From an uncultured Gammaproteobacteria bacterium (GTDB taxonomy: Bacteria; Patescibacteriota; Patescibacteriia; UBA9934), in the NCBI GenBank assembly GCA_964372415.1, contig CAYJQH010000005.1, positions 1 to 55,124 of the forward strand: DNA of 55,124 nt, read 5' to 3'. Position numbers and translations under genes: made by a program. A model generated the notes under the pieces. The model did no database searches. It was not told the DNA's origin and worked only from the letters and a program-made list of their open reading frames with translations. Positions 35,876 to 46,782 of this stretch are shown here, in pieces; positions within the stretch are counted from its first letter, which is position 1, and each line of letters opens with the position of its first letter.

Positions 35876-37009
35876 ATGCGGATTGGTATTGATGCGCGTT
35901 TTTATGGTCCTCGCACAGGCGGAGGCGGCCTTGGCCGTTATGTCGCTGAATTAGTGACCCATCTAGAGGAGTTAGATCAGATGAATGAGTACGTCATTTT
36001 TCTGCGCCAAGATAATTTTCATGACTGTGTTCTTAAACGGGGGAATTTTTCTAAACGTTTAGTGGATATTCCTTGGTATTCCTGGGCCGAACAACGACAA
36101 CTGCCAGTTGAAATTAAGGCGGCTAAGGTTGACTTAATGCACTTTCCTCATTGGAACGTGCCAATTATGAACCGAACTCCATTTATTGTAACCATCCACG
36201 ATCTCATTCTGCTTGAAGATCCCGCCTCAGCTCGCGCTACAACACACGGTGTTCTAACGCATGCTGCTAAATATTTAGGTTTTCGACTAGTGCTCGAAAA
36301 TGCTATTCATCGCAGCCGTCATATAATTGCCGTAAGCGAAACCACCAAGCGAGCGGTTCTTAGGCATTTTCGTATTAGACCTCAAAAAATCTCGGTGATA
36401 AAAAATGGTCTTACCCCACCCGCTCAAGGTCGGAGTGTGGTGCTCCGCAATTTAGGTGTTGTTGAGCCCTATATCTTAGCCATCGGCAATCATTACCCGC
36501 ATAAAAATCTGGACACCTTGCTGCGTGCTTTTGCTCTTGTGCATCAGGCCCGCCCGGAGGTCTTACTGGTTTTTGCTGGCCGCCATGATGTCTTTACAAA
36601 AGCCCTTCAAGCTTTGGCTCATGAGCTTGGGCTTACGACCGCGGTTCGTTTTTTGGATTGTCCAACTGACGAAGAAATTGGAGCGCTCTACCGTCACGCT
36701 GCGCTCTTGGCTTATCCCTCTCGTATCGAGGGATTTGGTCTGCCCCCACTTGAGGCAATGTCGGTCGGGACTCCGGTTATGGCGAGTGACATCCCGGCTC
36801 ATCGGGAGATGCTTGGTAGTGCCGCTAGTTTTGTTGATCCAGACGCTGAAGAAGACATGCAGGCCATTATGATGAAAGCCCTAAATAATCCCGGGGAGCT
36901 TAGTGCACTTGCCGCCCGCGGTCACTTGCAAGCAGCTCAGTATAATTGGAGAGATACGGCTAAGCAAACGCTTGATACATACTTAACGTTCGGCCTTCGT
37001 CGCTTGTGA
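35876..37009 (+). CDS. Glycosyltransferase family 4
   Basis: IGIDAR, GLGRY, TIHDLI, PHKN, EGFGLPPLEAM. Confidence 0.95.
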   Translation: MRIGIDARFYGPRTGGGGLGRYVAELVTHLEELDQMNEYVIFLRQDNFHDCVLKRGNFSKRLVDIPWYSWAEQRQLPVEIKAAKVDLMHFPHWNVPIMNRTPFIVTIHDLILLEDPASARATTHGVLTHAAKYLGFRLVLENAIHRSRHIIAVSETTKRAVLRHFRIRPQKISVIKNGLTPPAQGRSVVLRNLGVVEPYILAIGNHYPHKNLDTLLRAFALVHQARPEVLLVFAGRHDVFTKALQALAHELGLTTAVRFLDCPTDEEIGALYRHAALLAYPSRIEGFGLPPLEAMSVGTPVMASDIPAHREMLGSAASFVDPDAEEDMQAIMMKALNNPGELSALAARGHLQAAQYNWRDTAKQTLDTYLTFGLRRL

Positions 37010-39468
37010 AAAACGTTAACGAGCCAAGTGAGAAAAAAATTCCCATTCGTCGCTCCGACGTTCCGGTTTCGCCGTACGTGGTGCGTATGAGCCGGGTGGA
37101 CAGACTCCACTCTCCACTCGCTCTATCAGATGGGGGAAAAAGACTGGGGGACGACAATCTCCAGGCCTTAGCCGACAGTTTAGTTATTGAATTCGACGAC
37201 ACTTCTGATGAAGCGCCATTGTGTCTTGTTGAAAATACGGCTCACGGTTTAACTGTGGCTCAAGACGACGTTCAGGCTCAGCTTCGCGAATCTGAATCTA
37301 TACCAACTGTTTCAAATATTACTTCGAGGGGTCGTTTACAACGCTTGCGGCCACCTGAACCACCACTTGAGCTTGAAGATATCTTGCCACTTGAGGAAAT
37401 TGAATTCATAGGGGTGTTAACTGTTCCTCCCAAGGTTTTCAATCTTCCCCCCTCAGCGAGTGGGGAGAGAAAAGCGGGTGGAGGTGTGAATAAAGGTCAA
37501 ACCTGGCTCCGCGCTACTCTGGCTTTTGCCGCTAGCTGTGCTTTAGTCATTTTACCGCTCCATACTTTGCGAGTTATTGCCTCAACCGAGGTAACCGGCG
37601 GCGAAGCTGAAGCCGCAAGTAAAGTGGCTCTAAGTCAATTTATGCGTGGCGCATCTTCGCTTGAAGGCGCTTCCTACGGAAACGCTCAGGCTGATTTTTT
37701 GGAGGCGGCCCGTGGTTTTACTGAGGCTGAAAACCGACTTGGCGAGCTTCAGGGCACGGTTGTCGGGCTTCTTAAGGTGATTCCTCAAACCGATAACGCC
37801 TATGCCACGGCTAAAGCTTTAGTCACAGCTGGCAAAGAATTTTCCGAAACCGCCGCCCTCTTAAGCCAAGGAGTGGATGAAGTCGATAGTCTGAGTTCAG
37901 CTGACCTGGCCACCAAAATTGATATTTTAGCGACTTACGCAGCGCAGGCTCTGCCGCATGCCCAAGTAGCGGCTGGCGTTTTACCAAATATTGATCTTGA
38001 GCTAACTCCAGATGACGTCTCCGCCAAGGCTAAGCTCTTAATACAAACCGCGCCAAATATTGTTTCGGCTCTTCAGGAGTTCGCTGATTTTGCCAAGGTG
38101 CTAACTACTATTCTTGGTCATGAACAAAAAATGCGCTACTTGGTTTTGTTTCAAAATAATACTGAACTTCGTCCGACCGGTGGGTTTGTGGGTAGCTTTG
38201 CGCAAATGGATTTATCTGGTGGCGAAATCACCCGACTGGATATCCCAGGAGGCGGTACGTATGACGTACAAGGGCAACTTACTACCTACGTGGCAGCTCC
38301 CGGGCCACTTCAACTCCTTAGAGCGCGTTGGGAGTTTCAAGATGCTAATTGGTTTCCGGATTTTCCAACGTCAGCCCGAAAATTTCAATGGTTTTACGGT
38401 CAGGCAGGGGGGCCAACAACTGACGGCGTAATTGCCGTTAATGCCGCTTTTGTGGCCAAACTTTTAGCAGTATTAGGTCCCATCGAAGTTCCTGAGTATG
38501 GCCGAACATTTAGCGCTGAAAATTTTTTGTTTGAGCTCCAGAAAATCGTTGAATTTGAATACGACAAAACTAAAAATGCTCCCAAGGCGATCATTGGCGC
38601 ATTAGCTCCAATACTTCTTGAACGCATGACCTCGGCTGATAGCCACTTGCTTCTTGAGCTACTTCAGGAGATCGGTGATGGTCTCTATGCTAAGGATATT
38701 CTTGTATATTTTAACGATAACGAATTGCAAGCCACAGCTCAAAAACTTGGCTGGACTGGCGAAATCAAAGCCACTTCTGGCGATTACCTCATGGTCACGA
38801 GCACCAACTTAGGGGGCGGCAAAACCGACGCCATCATTGACCAGCAGCTTAATGTTCAGGTGACACTCGCAGCCGACGGCAGTGCTGAGCACACGTTAAG
38901 TTTTACCAAAATTCACCGTGGCATGAAGAATGCTATTTTCACTGGCGTTAATAACGTTGATTATCTTCGTTTTTATGTTCCCGAGGGCAGCGAGTTTTTG
39001 TCAGCCAGTGGTTTTGAAATTCCTCCCGACGAACTTTTTGAAAAATCTTTGGTCCCTTTAGCGCTTGACGAGGATATCGCTCTTGAAATGAGAAACGTGC
39101 GCAAAGATAATATTAGCGGCACCGACATTTGGGAGGAAGCTGGTAAAACCGTTTTTGCTAATTGGATGCAAACCGCGCCTGGCGAAACGCAAACGGTTGT
39201 TGTTAAGTACCGAACCAAAGCTTTAGAAAACAATAAACACGAGGGGTCCACGGTGAGTAAAAGATATTTAGGGGCAAGTGATTTACAGCCTTACTCCCTG
39301 TTTATTCAAAAACAACCCGGCGTGGCTGCGCGTTTAACCCAAGTTCAACTGTCGTTGCCTGGTTCCCCTGAGCTTATTTGGAGTTCGTCCGAGGGAGGCG
39401 AGGAACTCAGGGTTGAGACAACCAATGAACAGGATGCCTTTTGGGGTTGGTTATTTGAACGACCTTAA
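37006..39468 (+). CDS. DUF4012 domain protein
   Basis: YLVLFQNNTELRPTGGFVGSF, DANWFPDFPTSA, DGVIA, NLGGGKTD, YLRFYVP, QKQPG. Confidence 0.9.
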   Translation: MKNVNEPSEKKIPIRRSDVPVSPYVVRMSRVDRLHSPLALSDGGKRLGDDNLQALADSLVIEFDDTSDEAPLCLVENTAHGLTVAQDDVQAQLRESESIPTVSNITSRGRLQRLRPPEPPLELEDILPLEEIEFIGVLTVPPKVFNLPPSASGERKAGGGVNKGQTWLRATLAFAASCALVILPLHTLRVIASTEVTGGEAEAASKVALSQFMRGASSLEGASYGNAQADFLEAARGFTEAENRLGELQGTVVGLLKVIPQTDNAYATAKALVTAGKEFSETAALLSQGVDEVDSLSSADLATKIDILATYAAQALPHAQVAAGVLPNIDLELTPDDVSAKAKLLIQTAPNIVSALQEFADFAKVLTTILGHEQKMRYLVLFQNNTELRPTGGFVGSFAQMDLSGGEITRLDIPGGGTYDVQGQLTTYVAAPGPLQLLRARWEFQDANWFPDFPTSARKFQWFYGQAGGPTTDGVIAVNAAFVAKLLAVLGPIEVPEYGRTFSAENFLFELQKIVEFEYDKTKNAPKAIIGALAPILLERMTSADSHLLLELLQEIGDGLYAKDILVYFNDNELQATAQKLGWTGEIKATSGDYLMVTSTNLGGGKTDAIIDQQLNVQVTLAADGSAEHTLSFTKIHRGMKNAIFTGVNNVDYLRFYVPEGSEFLSASGFEIPPDELFEKSLVPLALDEDIALEMRNVRKDNISGTDIWEEAGKTVFANWMQTAPGETQTVVVKYRTKALENNKHEGSTVSKRYLGASDLQPYSLFIQKQPGVAARLTQVQLSLPGSPELIWSSSEGGEELRVETTNEQDAFWGWLFERP

Positions 39469-39471
39469 GAT

Positions 39472-41346
39472 ATGGAAGGGCTAAATCACCAACATATCCC
39501 GGGTCATGCTCCTCAAAAAGAGCGCCGAGAAATTAAAAGAAAACACGACGCCTCAGCAAAAAATTCTGAAACAGCACTTATTGACGAAGGTCTTCAAGCT
39601 ATATACGGCGATGATCGTAGCGATATTCAAAAGGTTGAACGGGCTAGTCGGTCGTTAACCAAAATTCTTACCAAATTAGTACTTTTTTTGGCCGTTGTCG
39701 CCATAGCGTCTTATACTGGTTTTTTTATCTTTAGCACATTTTTGAGCGTGCCTCGTGAAAACAAGCCGCTCATAATGAGTATTGAAGCGCCGCAGGATAT
39801 TAAAAGTGGCGAGCGGACAACGGTGATCATTACTTATCAAAATCCTAGACAGGTACCGCTCGCTGCTTTGGAACTCGATGTCAATATGCCAACAGCTTTT
39901 GACCTCGTTGCGGCAGATCCAGCACCAACTGATAGTCAAGACATGATTTGGACTATCGGTAGCTTTGGCGCTCAATCGGATGGCAAGATTGTGCTTGAAG
40001 GTATCTGGCAGGCAGCTGTGCCATCTACTACCAATATCCAGGTGTTGGCACACTACCGCCCAGCGAATTTTAATGCTGATTTTAGTGACATTGCTAATTT
40101 TGAGGTCACAACCTTAGGCAGCACCCTCGTGGCTTTAGTCGAAGGACCAGAAACGGCAATTCCAGGTGAACAGCTGTCATTTACCGCAACTATTTCTAAT
40201 ACCGGAAACGAAACTGTGCCAAGCCCCGGATTTAGACTGGATTTACCCCCAGGTTTTATTTTATCAGGGAGTACCCCGGCCCTTGAAGCAGGTAGCGAAC
40301 CTAAGTGGGAACTTACAGATCTTGCTCGAGGAGCCAGCACTACCATTACCTGGCAAGGTTCTTTTGCCGGTGATATAGAACAGGACGTTACGCAATTTAC
40401 AGGAAAAGTATTTATAACCGAGGACGGGCTTGAGCTTTTGCAGGTGAGTAGCAACTGGTTTGTTAATATAGCAACGAGTGGCGCTCGTGTTAGTGTTGTC
40501 GGAAACGGCGACTCTACCGTTGCGACCACAAGTGCTGGCGAGGTGCTCCGAGTCACCATTCGTTATGAAAATACCGGTTCCGAAGAAATTACTGATGGCA
40601 CTTTGCTTCTTGATTTTGTACCGGGCTCAGGAATCCCAATTTTGTGGGATAAAGCCAGTCTAGCCGGTGGCACGATTACAAAAGAAGGAATTGTCTTTTC
40701 TGAAGAAAGTGTGGGTAAGCTCATGCCTGGCGACAAAAAAAGTTTTAGCTTGTCGTTTCCCATCAAAGAATCTTTAACGAACGATGATATTGATACCTGG
40801 ACGATTACCGCCTTTGCCTCTCAGGGCGTCACTACCGTACAAACTACACCGCTAACTGTTAAGTTGAATGCGCAAACTACCTTAAATGCCGAGGCTCGAT
40901 ATTATTCAGCAAGCGGAGCTCCGCTTGGCGAAGGGCCACTGCCCCCAAAAGTTGGGGCAGCGACAACATACAAAGTTTTTTGGTCGTTTACGGCCACCAT
41001 TCACGATTTTGAAAACCTCGAGGTGAGTGCCACCTTGCCACCTGATATCACCTGGTCTGACCGTATAACTTCAAGTCATGGAACTTTATCATATGATGAA
41101 GCGACCCATGTGGTGCGTTGGGTTATTGATTTTCTAGAAGCTGGCCAAGGCGGCGAGGCTGAATTTTCTTTAACCGCCACTCCCGGTTCGGAAGATGTCG
41201 ATACTTTTATCAAACTTCTTTCAGCGAGTGCCTTTGTGGCTGAGGACGCAGCGACCAACATGTCAGTAAAGGCAGAGGCAGCCGAATTAACAAGCGAGCT
41301 CAGCACGGACACCACAGCAAATGGTAAAGGTCTGGTTATCGAATAA
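39472..41346 (+). CDS. Membrane-anchored protein with repeated Ig-like/DUF11-like domains
   Basis: TM helix; ITYQN, ISNTG, YENTG; GEGPLPPKVG. Confidence 0.8.
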   Translation: MEGLNHQHIPGHAPQKERREIKRKHDASAKNSETALIDEGLQAIYGDDRSDIQKVERASRSLTKILTKLVLFLAVVAIASYTGFFIFSTFLSVPRENKPLIMSIEAPQDIKSGERTTVIITYQNPRQVPLAALELDVNMPTAFDLVAADPAPTDSQDMIWTIGSFGAQSDGKIVLEGIWQAAVPSTTNIQVLAHYRPANFNADFSDIANFEVTTLGSTLVALVEGPETAIPGEQLSFTATISNTGNETVPSPGFRLDLPPGFILSGSTPALEAGSEPKWELTDLARGASTTITWQGSFAGDIEQDVTQFTGKVFITEDGLELLQVSSNWFVNIATSGARVSVVGNGDSTVATTSAGEVLRVTIRYENTGSEEITDGTLLLDFVPGSGIPILWDKASLAGGTITKEGIVFSEESVGKLMPGDKKSFSLSFPIKESLTNDDIDTWTITAFASQGVTTVQTTPLTVKLNAQTTLNAEARYYSASGAPLGEGPLPPKVGAATTYKVFWSFTATIHDFENLEVSATLPPDITWSDRITSSHGTLSYDEATHVVRWVIDFLEAGQGGEAEFSLTATPGSEDVDTFIKLLSASAFVAEDAATNMSVKAEAAELTSELSTDTTANGKGLVIE

Positions 41347-42481
41347 CTGATTTCACGGCGGCAAGTGTGGTTATGGCTGTTTTTTCCCACGAAAACAAAC
41401 GAGCTCGCTCAATAGCTCGATGCCGCATATTTTTAAATGCTAGAGAATCATTCTCTTGAATTACCTGACTCAACGCTTGGGCCAAGTCATTAACGTTAAA
41501 CGGGTCAACGTATATAGCACAATCAGCCATGACTTCTGGAAGGGATCCTGTAAGGCTTGTAATGACGGTCGTTTCGCAGGCAGCTGCCTCAAGGGCAGGC
41601 AAGCCAAAGCCTTCATAAAATGAGGGAAAAAGTAACAAACTAGCACCTCTTATTACAGCTGGTTTGTGTTTTTCTGGCAGATAGCCCAAGCGCCAAACAT
41701 CTTGTTTATATGGGTGTTTCGCGAGTAAGCCTTTGAGAATCCGCGTTTTCCAGCCGGGTGCGCCTACCAAAACCAAGGGGAGCGGTAGCCCACCATCTTG
41801 TCTATAGATTGCATAAGCTTCAAGTACAGACTCAAGATTTTTTCTTGGTTCTTGAGTGGCTAAAGACAAAATATATGGACGGTTTAGATCGTAGGTTGCT
41901 CTGAAGGCTTTGTCTGATGGTTGCTCTCGTGATCTGTATTGATCGTGATCCAGGCCCAAAGGAGTAACCGAAATTTTTTCCTCATTAACACCAAAATAAC
42001 GGGTTATGTCTTGAGCGGTTGTTTGCGACACAGCTAATAATCTATTAGCCTGACGTAACAATCGTTCTACGTGAACGATTTTTTGGTACCACCGTTCTTT
42101 TCGAGTGATAAATTCCGGAAACATTCTAAAGGCCACGTCATGGATGGTTAGGAGGTAGGGAAGCCGAGTGGCAATGACGTCGAATTTAGGGAACAACCAA
42201 GCCTGGGGACGCTCTTCAAGATAATCTTCAAGCGCTGGCCCAAAAGGTGAGAGCAGTCTAGCGGCCAAGAGTTTATTGGGCATGGACACTGCACGCATGG
42301 TTACATTCCTAAAAGGGAAGTGGGGCAGGCGTGATCTCGCGTGGGTGCTGCCACTTGCAAACAATGAAAATTGCCACTCAGGCGCAGCGGTTGCTAGAGC
42401 GGTGACAAGTTTTTTAGTGTAGGTCGCAACGCCGGTTGGGGCTTCATCGGTGAGCGACCGGATATCAATCGCGAGATGCAT
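41336..42481 (-). CDS. Glycosyltransferase family 4
   Basis: TGVATY, TIHDVA, EPRKN, YEGFGLPALEA. Confidence 0.95.
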   Translation of the reverse strand: MHLAIDIRSLTDEAPTGVATYTKKLVTALATAAPEWQFSLFASGSTHARSRLPHFPFRNVTMRAVSMPNKLLAARLLSPFGPALEDYLEERPQAWLFPKFDVIATRLPYLLTIHDVAFRMFPEFITRKERWYQKIVHVERLLRQANRLLAVSQTTAQDITRYFGVNEEKISVTPLGLDHDQYRSREQPSDKAFRATYDLNRPYILSLATQEPRKNLESVLEAYAIYRQDGGLPLPLVLVGAPGWKTRILKGLLAKHPYKQDVWRLGYLPEKHKPAVIRGASLLLFPSFYEGFGLPALEAAACETTVITSLTGSLPEVMADCAIYVDPFNVNDLAQALSQVIQENDSLAFKNMRHRAIERARLFSWEKTAITTLAAVKSVIR

Positions 42482-42486
42482 GATGA

Positions 42487-43602
42487 TTAGGTAGCTCCAA
42501 GAGTTGTTTGGGCATGCTTTCGGAAACGCTGTTCAACTTCTTTAAGAAGTTCCTGACGAAAGTGTTGTAGGGAGTATTTTTCAGCCTGTGCCCGAATATT
42601 TAATGGGTTAAATTTTTTTTCATCAAAATTAAGTACTACGTCGGCCAGATCTTGCCATGTCTGTCGATCAAAGAATTGGCCAGTCACGCCATCGATCACA
42701 GTTTCCGTAACGCCTCCCTTACGAAAAGCAATAACTGGGCGACCAGCAGACATCGCTTCAATTACCGTGATACCAAAATCTTCCTCTTGAGGGTTAATAA
42801 AAGCAATAGCGTTTTCAAAGAGTTTGGTTCGTTCTTCGTCGTTAATTCGGCCAACGAAAGAAATGTTTTTGCCGGCCCGACGCTTGAGATCATCTTCAAT
42901 CGGGCCAGTGCCAAAAATCACGAGCGGTTTACCAAGTTTGGTGAAGGCTTCTACTATTAAATCAAAGCGCTTGTAAGCCACTAACCGTCCACCGGCTAAA
43001 TAGTATGTTTTAGGACTATCGTTAACCTTAAAAAGATGGGTGTCTACGGGCGGATAGATGAGTGTGCTATCACGACGGTAATATTTTTGTATACGCCCTT
43101 GAACAGTTGAGGAGTTGGCAATGAAATGATCAACCCGTTCAGCTGCCAGTTGATCCCAAGTACGTAGATGATGGAGGAGTGTTGGCAGAAGCCATTTTAT
43201 AGGTCGTGGCACGCGTAATTCTTCAATATAACTTTCTTTATCCGACCACAGATAACGGGTTGGCGTATGGCAGTAGCAAATATGAAGTGTTTGTGGCGAG
43301 GTGATAACGCCTTTGGCAAAACCGCTTGAATTAGAAATAACGACATCAAACTGAGACAAATCATACCGTTCGGTGGCGAGCGGCATTACCGGCAGAAACC
43401 AACGAAAAGCGCGATTAACAAACGGTAGCCTAGAGAGAAACGAGGTTCGGATATCTTTGTGGCCAAAGGCCCAACCAATGGTTTTGGGGTCGTAATGAAG
43501 AGTGTAGGTTGGAGCCTCGGGCCAAATATCCTGCATAGCCGAAAGCACTCTTTCGGCTCCACCGTATTGAATAAGATGATCGTGAACAAAAGCAATTTTC
43601 AC
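42487..43602 (-). CDS. Glycosyltransferase family 4
   Basis: VHDHLIQYGGAERV, CYCHTPTRY, IYPPV, EDFGITVIEAM. Confidence 0.95.
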   Translation of the reverse strand: MKIAFVHDHLIQYGGAERVLSAMQDIWPEAPTYTLHYDPKTIGWAFGHKDIRTSFLSRLPFVNRAFRWFLPVMPLATERYDLSQFDVVISNSSGFAKGVITSPQTLHICYCHTPTRYLWSDKESYIEELRVPRPIKWLLPTLLHHLRTWDQLAAERVDHFIANSSTVQGRIQKYYRRDSTLIYPPVDTHLFKVNDSPKTYYLAGGRLVAYKRFDLIVEAFTKLGKPLVIFGTGPIEDDLKRRAGKNISFVGRINDEERTKLFENAIAFINPQEEDFGITVIEAMSAGRPVIAFRKGGVTETVIDGVTGQFFDRQTWQDLADVVLNFDEKKFNPLNIRAQAEKYSLQHFRQELLKEVEQRFRKHAQTTLGAT

Positions 43603-43648
43603 ATTCCGGTTAGGATTTTTTTTACCAACCGGCTAATCGTCTAACCGG

Positions 43649-45070
43649 CTAATAAGCTCCTTTTCGTGTCAGGACCACGAGAGGCGTTTTAAGAAGAATC
43701 AGAAGATCAAGCCAGGGACTCCAGTTTTCAATATAGTGCATATCTAGACGGACTTCATCAGCAAAGTCAAGCTCCGCCCTCCCACTTATTTGAGCCAGTC
43801 CGGTAAGGCCTGGTTTTATAGTTAGCACCTTTCGTTCCTCTGGTTTGTATAAAGCCACCTCCTCCGGTAAATGTGGTCTCGGGCCAACTAAACTCATGCG
43901 CCCAAAGAGAACCAAATAAAATTGGGGAATTTCATCCAGGCTATATTTGCGAATAAATCTGCCAATACGAGTAACCCGGGGATCGCTTTCGAGTTTAAAA
44001 AGAGGTGTTCCTTGACGCAAATTGCCGTGCTCCCTTAGAAAGTCTGGATCAAAACGGTACTTATGTGCATCCAGAATCATGGAACGAAATTTTACAAAAT
44101 TGAACAGTCGTCCGCTTTGACCAACACGTTTTGTTGGTTTGCCGTCAGGAAGTCTTCTAAAAAGGATGGGACCGGGTTGTTCAAAAAAGAGAAGCGAGGC
44201 TACAAGGATCTGTAACGGCAAGGTTAAGATGATGAAAATTAGTGACAGAACAATATCGCTAACTCGTTTATAAATTGCCCCCCAACCATCAAGTGGGGTA
44301 GTAGGCACCTCAATAACTGGTTGTCCGGCAAAAGTATGAACGCGCGGTTTTAGGGTGCTTCCGGGGAACAGGTCCGCGGCGTAAAAAAAAGTTAGGTGAT
44401 TGTTGTCAGCGAAAGTTTTCAAACGAATAATCTCTTCCTTGACGGCCTCGGTATTGGCTAACATGAGAGCATCGATTTGATGGTTTCTTTTTAAATGAAG
44501 AATTTTATTCTCAGTATCTTCGGAAAAATGAGCGGTATGAAAGGTTAGTGAATAGCCGAAACTCTGATGATTATTAAACCACGTGGCGAGCGCGTTTCCG
44601 GTTTTTGTTTTACCAATTACACCAAGTTTCACTACACCAATCCCCAAGGTGCGCAGTGAGCGTTGTAATCCTCGCACCAACATTCTTTCAAGAAAGACAA
44701 AAACCACAGCTAACAGCCAAGTAGCTAGAATAATGAACCGTGAATCAAAAAGCTCGCGAGAAAAAAAGGCTATGGCTAGAACTACAGCTATAGCTGCTGA
44801 GGAAGCAAGCAGAATGCGTGAACATTCTTCGGCGATACTGCGCGGACGTATCGTATAAAGTCCGGCAACTGCATAAACGCCCAGGAAGACAAAAGATATA
44901 GGTACTACAAGCGAGAGGAATTCATCAAAACTTAAATCGAAATTCACTGGTTTAATGCGGGTAAAAACATCGGCAAAACGAAGCGAGTAAGCGGTTATAG
45001 CTGCCCCGATAAGGGCAAGGTAATCAAGAGGCACGAGAGCGGCCGTAAAAGCCAGATTTACCCGTTTCAT
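43649..45070 (-). CDS. Undecaprenyl-phosphate sugar phosphotransferase (WcaJ/WbaP-like)
   Basis: N-terminal TMs; KRVSDI, KFRSM, DPRVTRIGRFIRKYSLDEIPQ, MSLVGPRP, KPGLTGLAQ. Confidence 0.95.
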   Translation of the reverse strand: MKRVNLAFTAALVPLDYLALIGAAITAYSLRFADVFTRIKPVNFDLSFDEFLSLVVPISFVFLGVYAVAGLYTIRPRSIAEECSRILLASSAAIAVVLAIAFFSRELFDSRFIILATWLLAVVFVFLERMLVRGLQRSLRTLGIGVVKLGVIGKTKTGNALATWFNNHQSFGYSLTFHTAHFSEDTENKILHLKRNHQIDALMLANTEAVKEEIIRLKTFADNNHLTFFYAADLFPGSTLKPRVHTFAGQPVIEVPTTPLDGWGAIYKRVSDIVLSLIFIILTLPLQILVASLLFFEQPGPILFRRLPDGKPTKRVGQSGRLFNFVKFRSMILDAHKYRFDPDFLREHGNLRQGTPLFKLESDPRVTRIGRFIRKYSLDEIPQFYLVLFGRMSLVGPRPHLPEEVALYKPEERKVLTIKPGLTGLAQISGRAELDFADEVRLDMHYIENWSPWLDLLILLKTPLVVLTRKGAY

Positions 45071-45087
45071 AATAACCAGAATTCTAA

Positions 45088-45117
45088 CATAAACCCCGAC
45101 TTTCGTCGGGGTTTATG
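45088..45117. terminator. Hairpin/terminator downstream of RNase P RNA
   Basis: CATAAACCCCGAC-TTTC-GTCGGGGTTTATG. Confidence 0.7.
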
Positions 45118-45675
45118 ACTCAAGGGAAGGCTAATAAGCCGAATTCTGTCGCCGCACGAGACGCATCACGTGACTCGTGTGGCTGACGATGATCTCTCTA
45201 GCCCCTCGCTTGCGCTCGGGGTCATGCAAGCAACCAAATTTGCTCTTGCACCAAGGCGGGTTTGCCGCACCCGGTCGTCACCGATCGGGTGAGGTGCGTA
45301 GTCTCTAGCTAAAGCTAGAAACACCACACCACGTTTCACCTTTTCCCTCCGTAGCCAACAAGTGGCCGTAGGCGGGTAGCATGTCTCTGTTGCCCCCTCA
45401 CACACCTTTCGATGTGCTCAGAGCTTGAGCGTCCTTGCGTACTGCCCAAGACTTTCCCTAGGTTTCTGTCGGAGCTCAGGAACAGTGCATGATGCACACC
45501 AGTCCAGTTCCTGATCTCCGCCGTTATACCTGGTCGCTGTTAGCGACGCCTTGTCTCATTCCGACGTTGCCGTCGGAAGGGTGTTCGGACTTTCCTCTCC
45601 TCCCACTTCCTTTATCCCGACGTAACGTCGGGATTTGAGGTCGAGGTCGGAGCCATCGTCTTGCCACCCTTGAGT
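45118..45675 (-). ncRNA. rnpB: RNase P RNA (about 558 nt, expanded)
   Basis: Minus strand GAGGAAAGTCCGAAC, GCAACAGA, GGTGAAAC, CGGCAAACCC, ACAGAATTCGGCTTA; P1 ACTCAAGGG/CCCTTGAGT. Confidence 0.92.
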
Positions 45676-45776
45676 GGCCATAGGGTAGCAAATTTTTTGA
45701 AAAAAAGCAACCCCGCACCTTTAAAGCGATTACTCGCCTTAAAAGATGCGGGGCACGATTCTGGGTGGAGTTCGAT

Positions 45777-46418
45777 CTAGAGCTTGACGAGCACCTGGTT
45801 CGCGACGACCGCGTCGTAGAGGAGTTCCAGGATGTCACCGAGCGGGATCTGGTCCTTGCGGCGACCCCACTCCTCGGCCTTGAACTTCAGCGTCTTGGCC
45901 CCGGACTTCTGCCGGTTGCCTTCCCACAGGTCAGCGATCCGCAGGAGCATACGCCGCGAGGTCTCCGGGGAGATCCCGCGGAGGCTCTGAGGCATGAGCT
46001 CCTGGAACGTCACGAGCCGGACGTTCGACACACGCTGGATGACGTAACCCTGACGGTAGAGGTGGTCGAGTTCGGTCACCTGCTTGGCCTCGACGTACGG
46101 CGTGAGTCCGTAGATGAGGCTCAGGGCGGCGGCGCTCGCACGCGTCACCTCCCGCGCCTGGCTGTGTTCCTTGACCGAGCGATCGATCAGATTTCCGAGC
46201 GGCTTGAGGAGTTGATCGAGGAGCAGCTTGCGCGCTCGGCCGTCTGCCTGGAGGCGGACTCCGGCACGGAGCGCCTGCTCGTCGGTCTCAGGCTCAAGCG
46301 GGGCGGTAGGGGGACGGGAGGGACGGGACGGCGTCCGGCGCCGCTGACGACCACTCTTGAAGAGGTCGTTGGGCTGGAAGCCGAAGGGGTCACGCTGCTG
46401 CATGCTTGCCTCACTCAT
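45777..46418 (-). CDS. Hypothetical protein (GC-rich orphan)
   Basis: 213 aa, GC3 bias, own promoter upstream. Confidence 0.75.
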   Translation of the reverse strand: MSEASMQQRDPFGFQPNDLFKSGRQRRRTPSRPSRPPTAPLEPETDEQALRAGVRLQADGRARKLLLDQLLKPLGNLIDRSVKEHSQAREVTRASAAALSLIYGLTPYVEAKQVTELDHLYRQGYVIQRVSNVRLVTFQELMPQSLRGISPETSRRMLLRIADLWEGNRQKSGAKTLKFKAEEWGRRKDQIPLGDILELLYDAVVANQVLVKL

Positions 46419-46483
46419 GTTCTCGGGGATAGAGAACCTGGTTTAGGGGTTAACGATCACGTTTCGGGGAGAAACGCGGCGGA

Positions 46484-46512
46484 AGAATAATCGTTTTGGG
46501 TGATTTTGTCAA
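46484..46512 (-). promoter_or_regulatory. Putative sigma70 promoter
   Basis: TTGACA-17-TATTCT on minus strand. Confidence 0.65.
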
Positions 46513-46599
46513 TCTAAATTAAGACCCCCATCTTGCCTACCCGATGAGAGTGGTAGGAAGGATGGGGGTCAGATCCAGTTCAACCCGTTACTGAACGGG

Positions 46600-46782
46600 C
46601 TACTTGCTCGAAAGCAAGGGGTGGAGGTGGTCGAAAGCCATCATGTAGGACGGGGGCTCGGAGCGCTTGTCACGCCGCCGCTTGGGGCGACGATCCTTGG
46701 CCTGGCGCTTGACGGGGGACGGGCGGGGAAGGCCCGACTTGCGGCTCTGACGAGGACGCGGACGAGAGCGACCGATGGGCAT
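46600..46782 (-). CDS. Small Arg-rich basic protein (60 aa)
   Basis: GAGGT before ATG; MPIGRSRPRPRQSRKSG..KRRRDKR; long hairpin 46523-46570 downstream. Confidence 0.5.
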   Translation of the reverse strand: MPIGRSRPRPRQSRKSGLPRPSPVKRQAKDRRPKRRRDKRSEPPSYMMAFDHLHPLLSSK

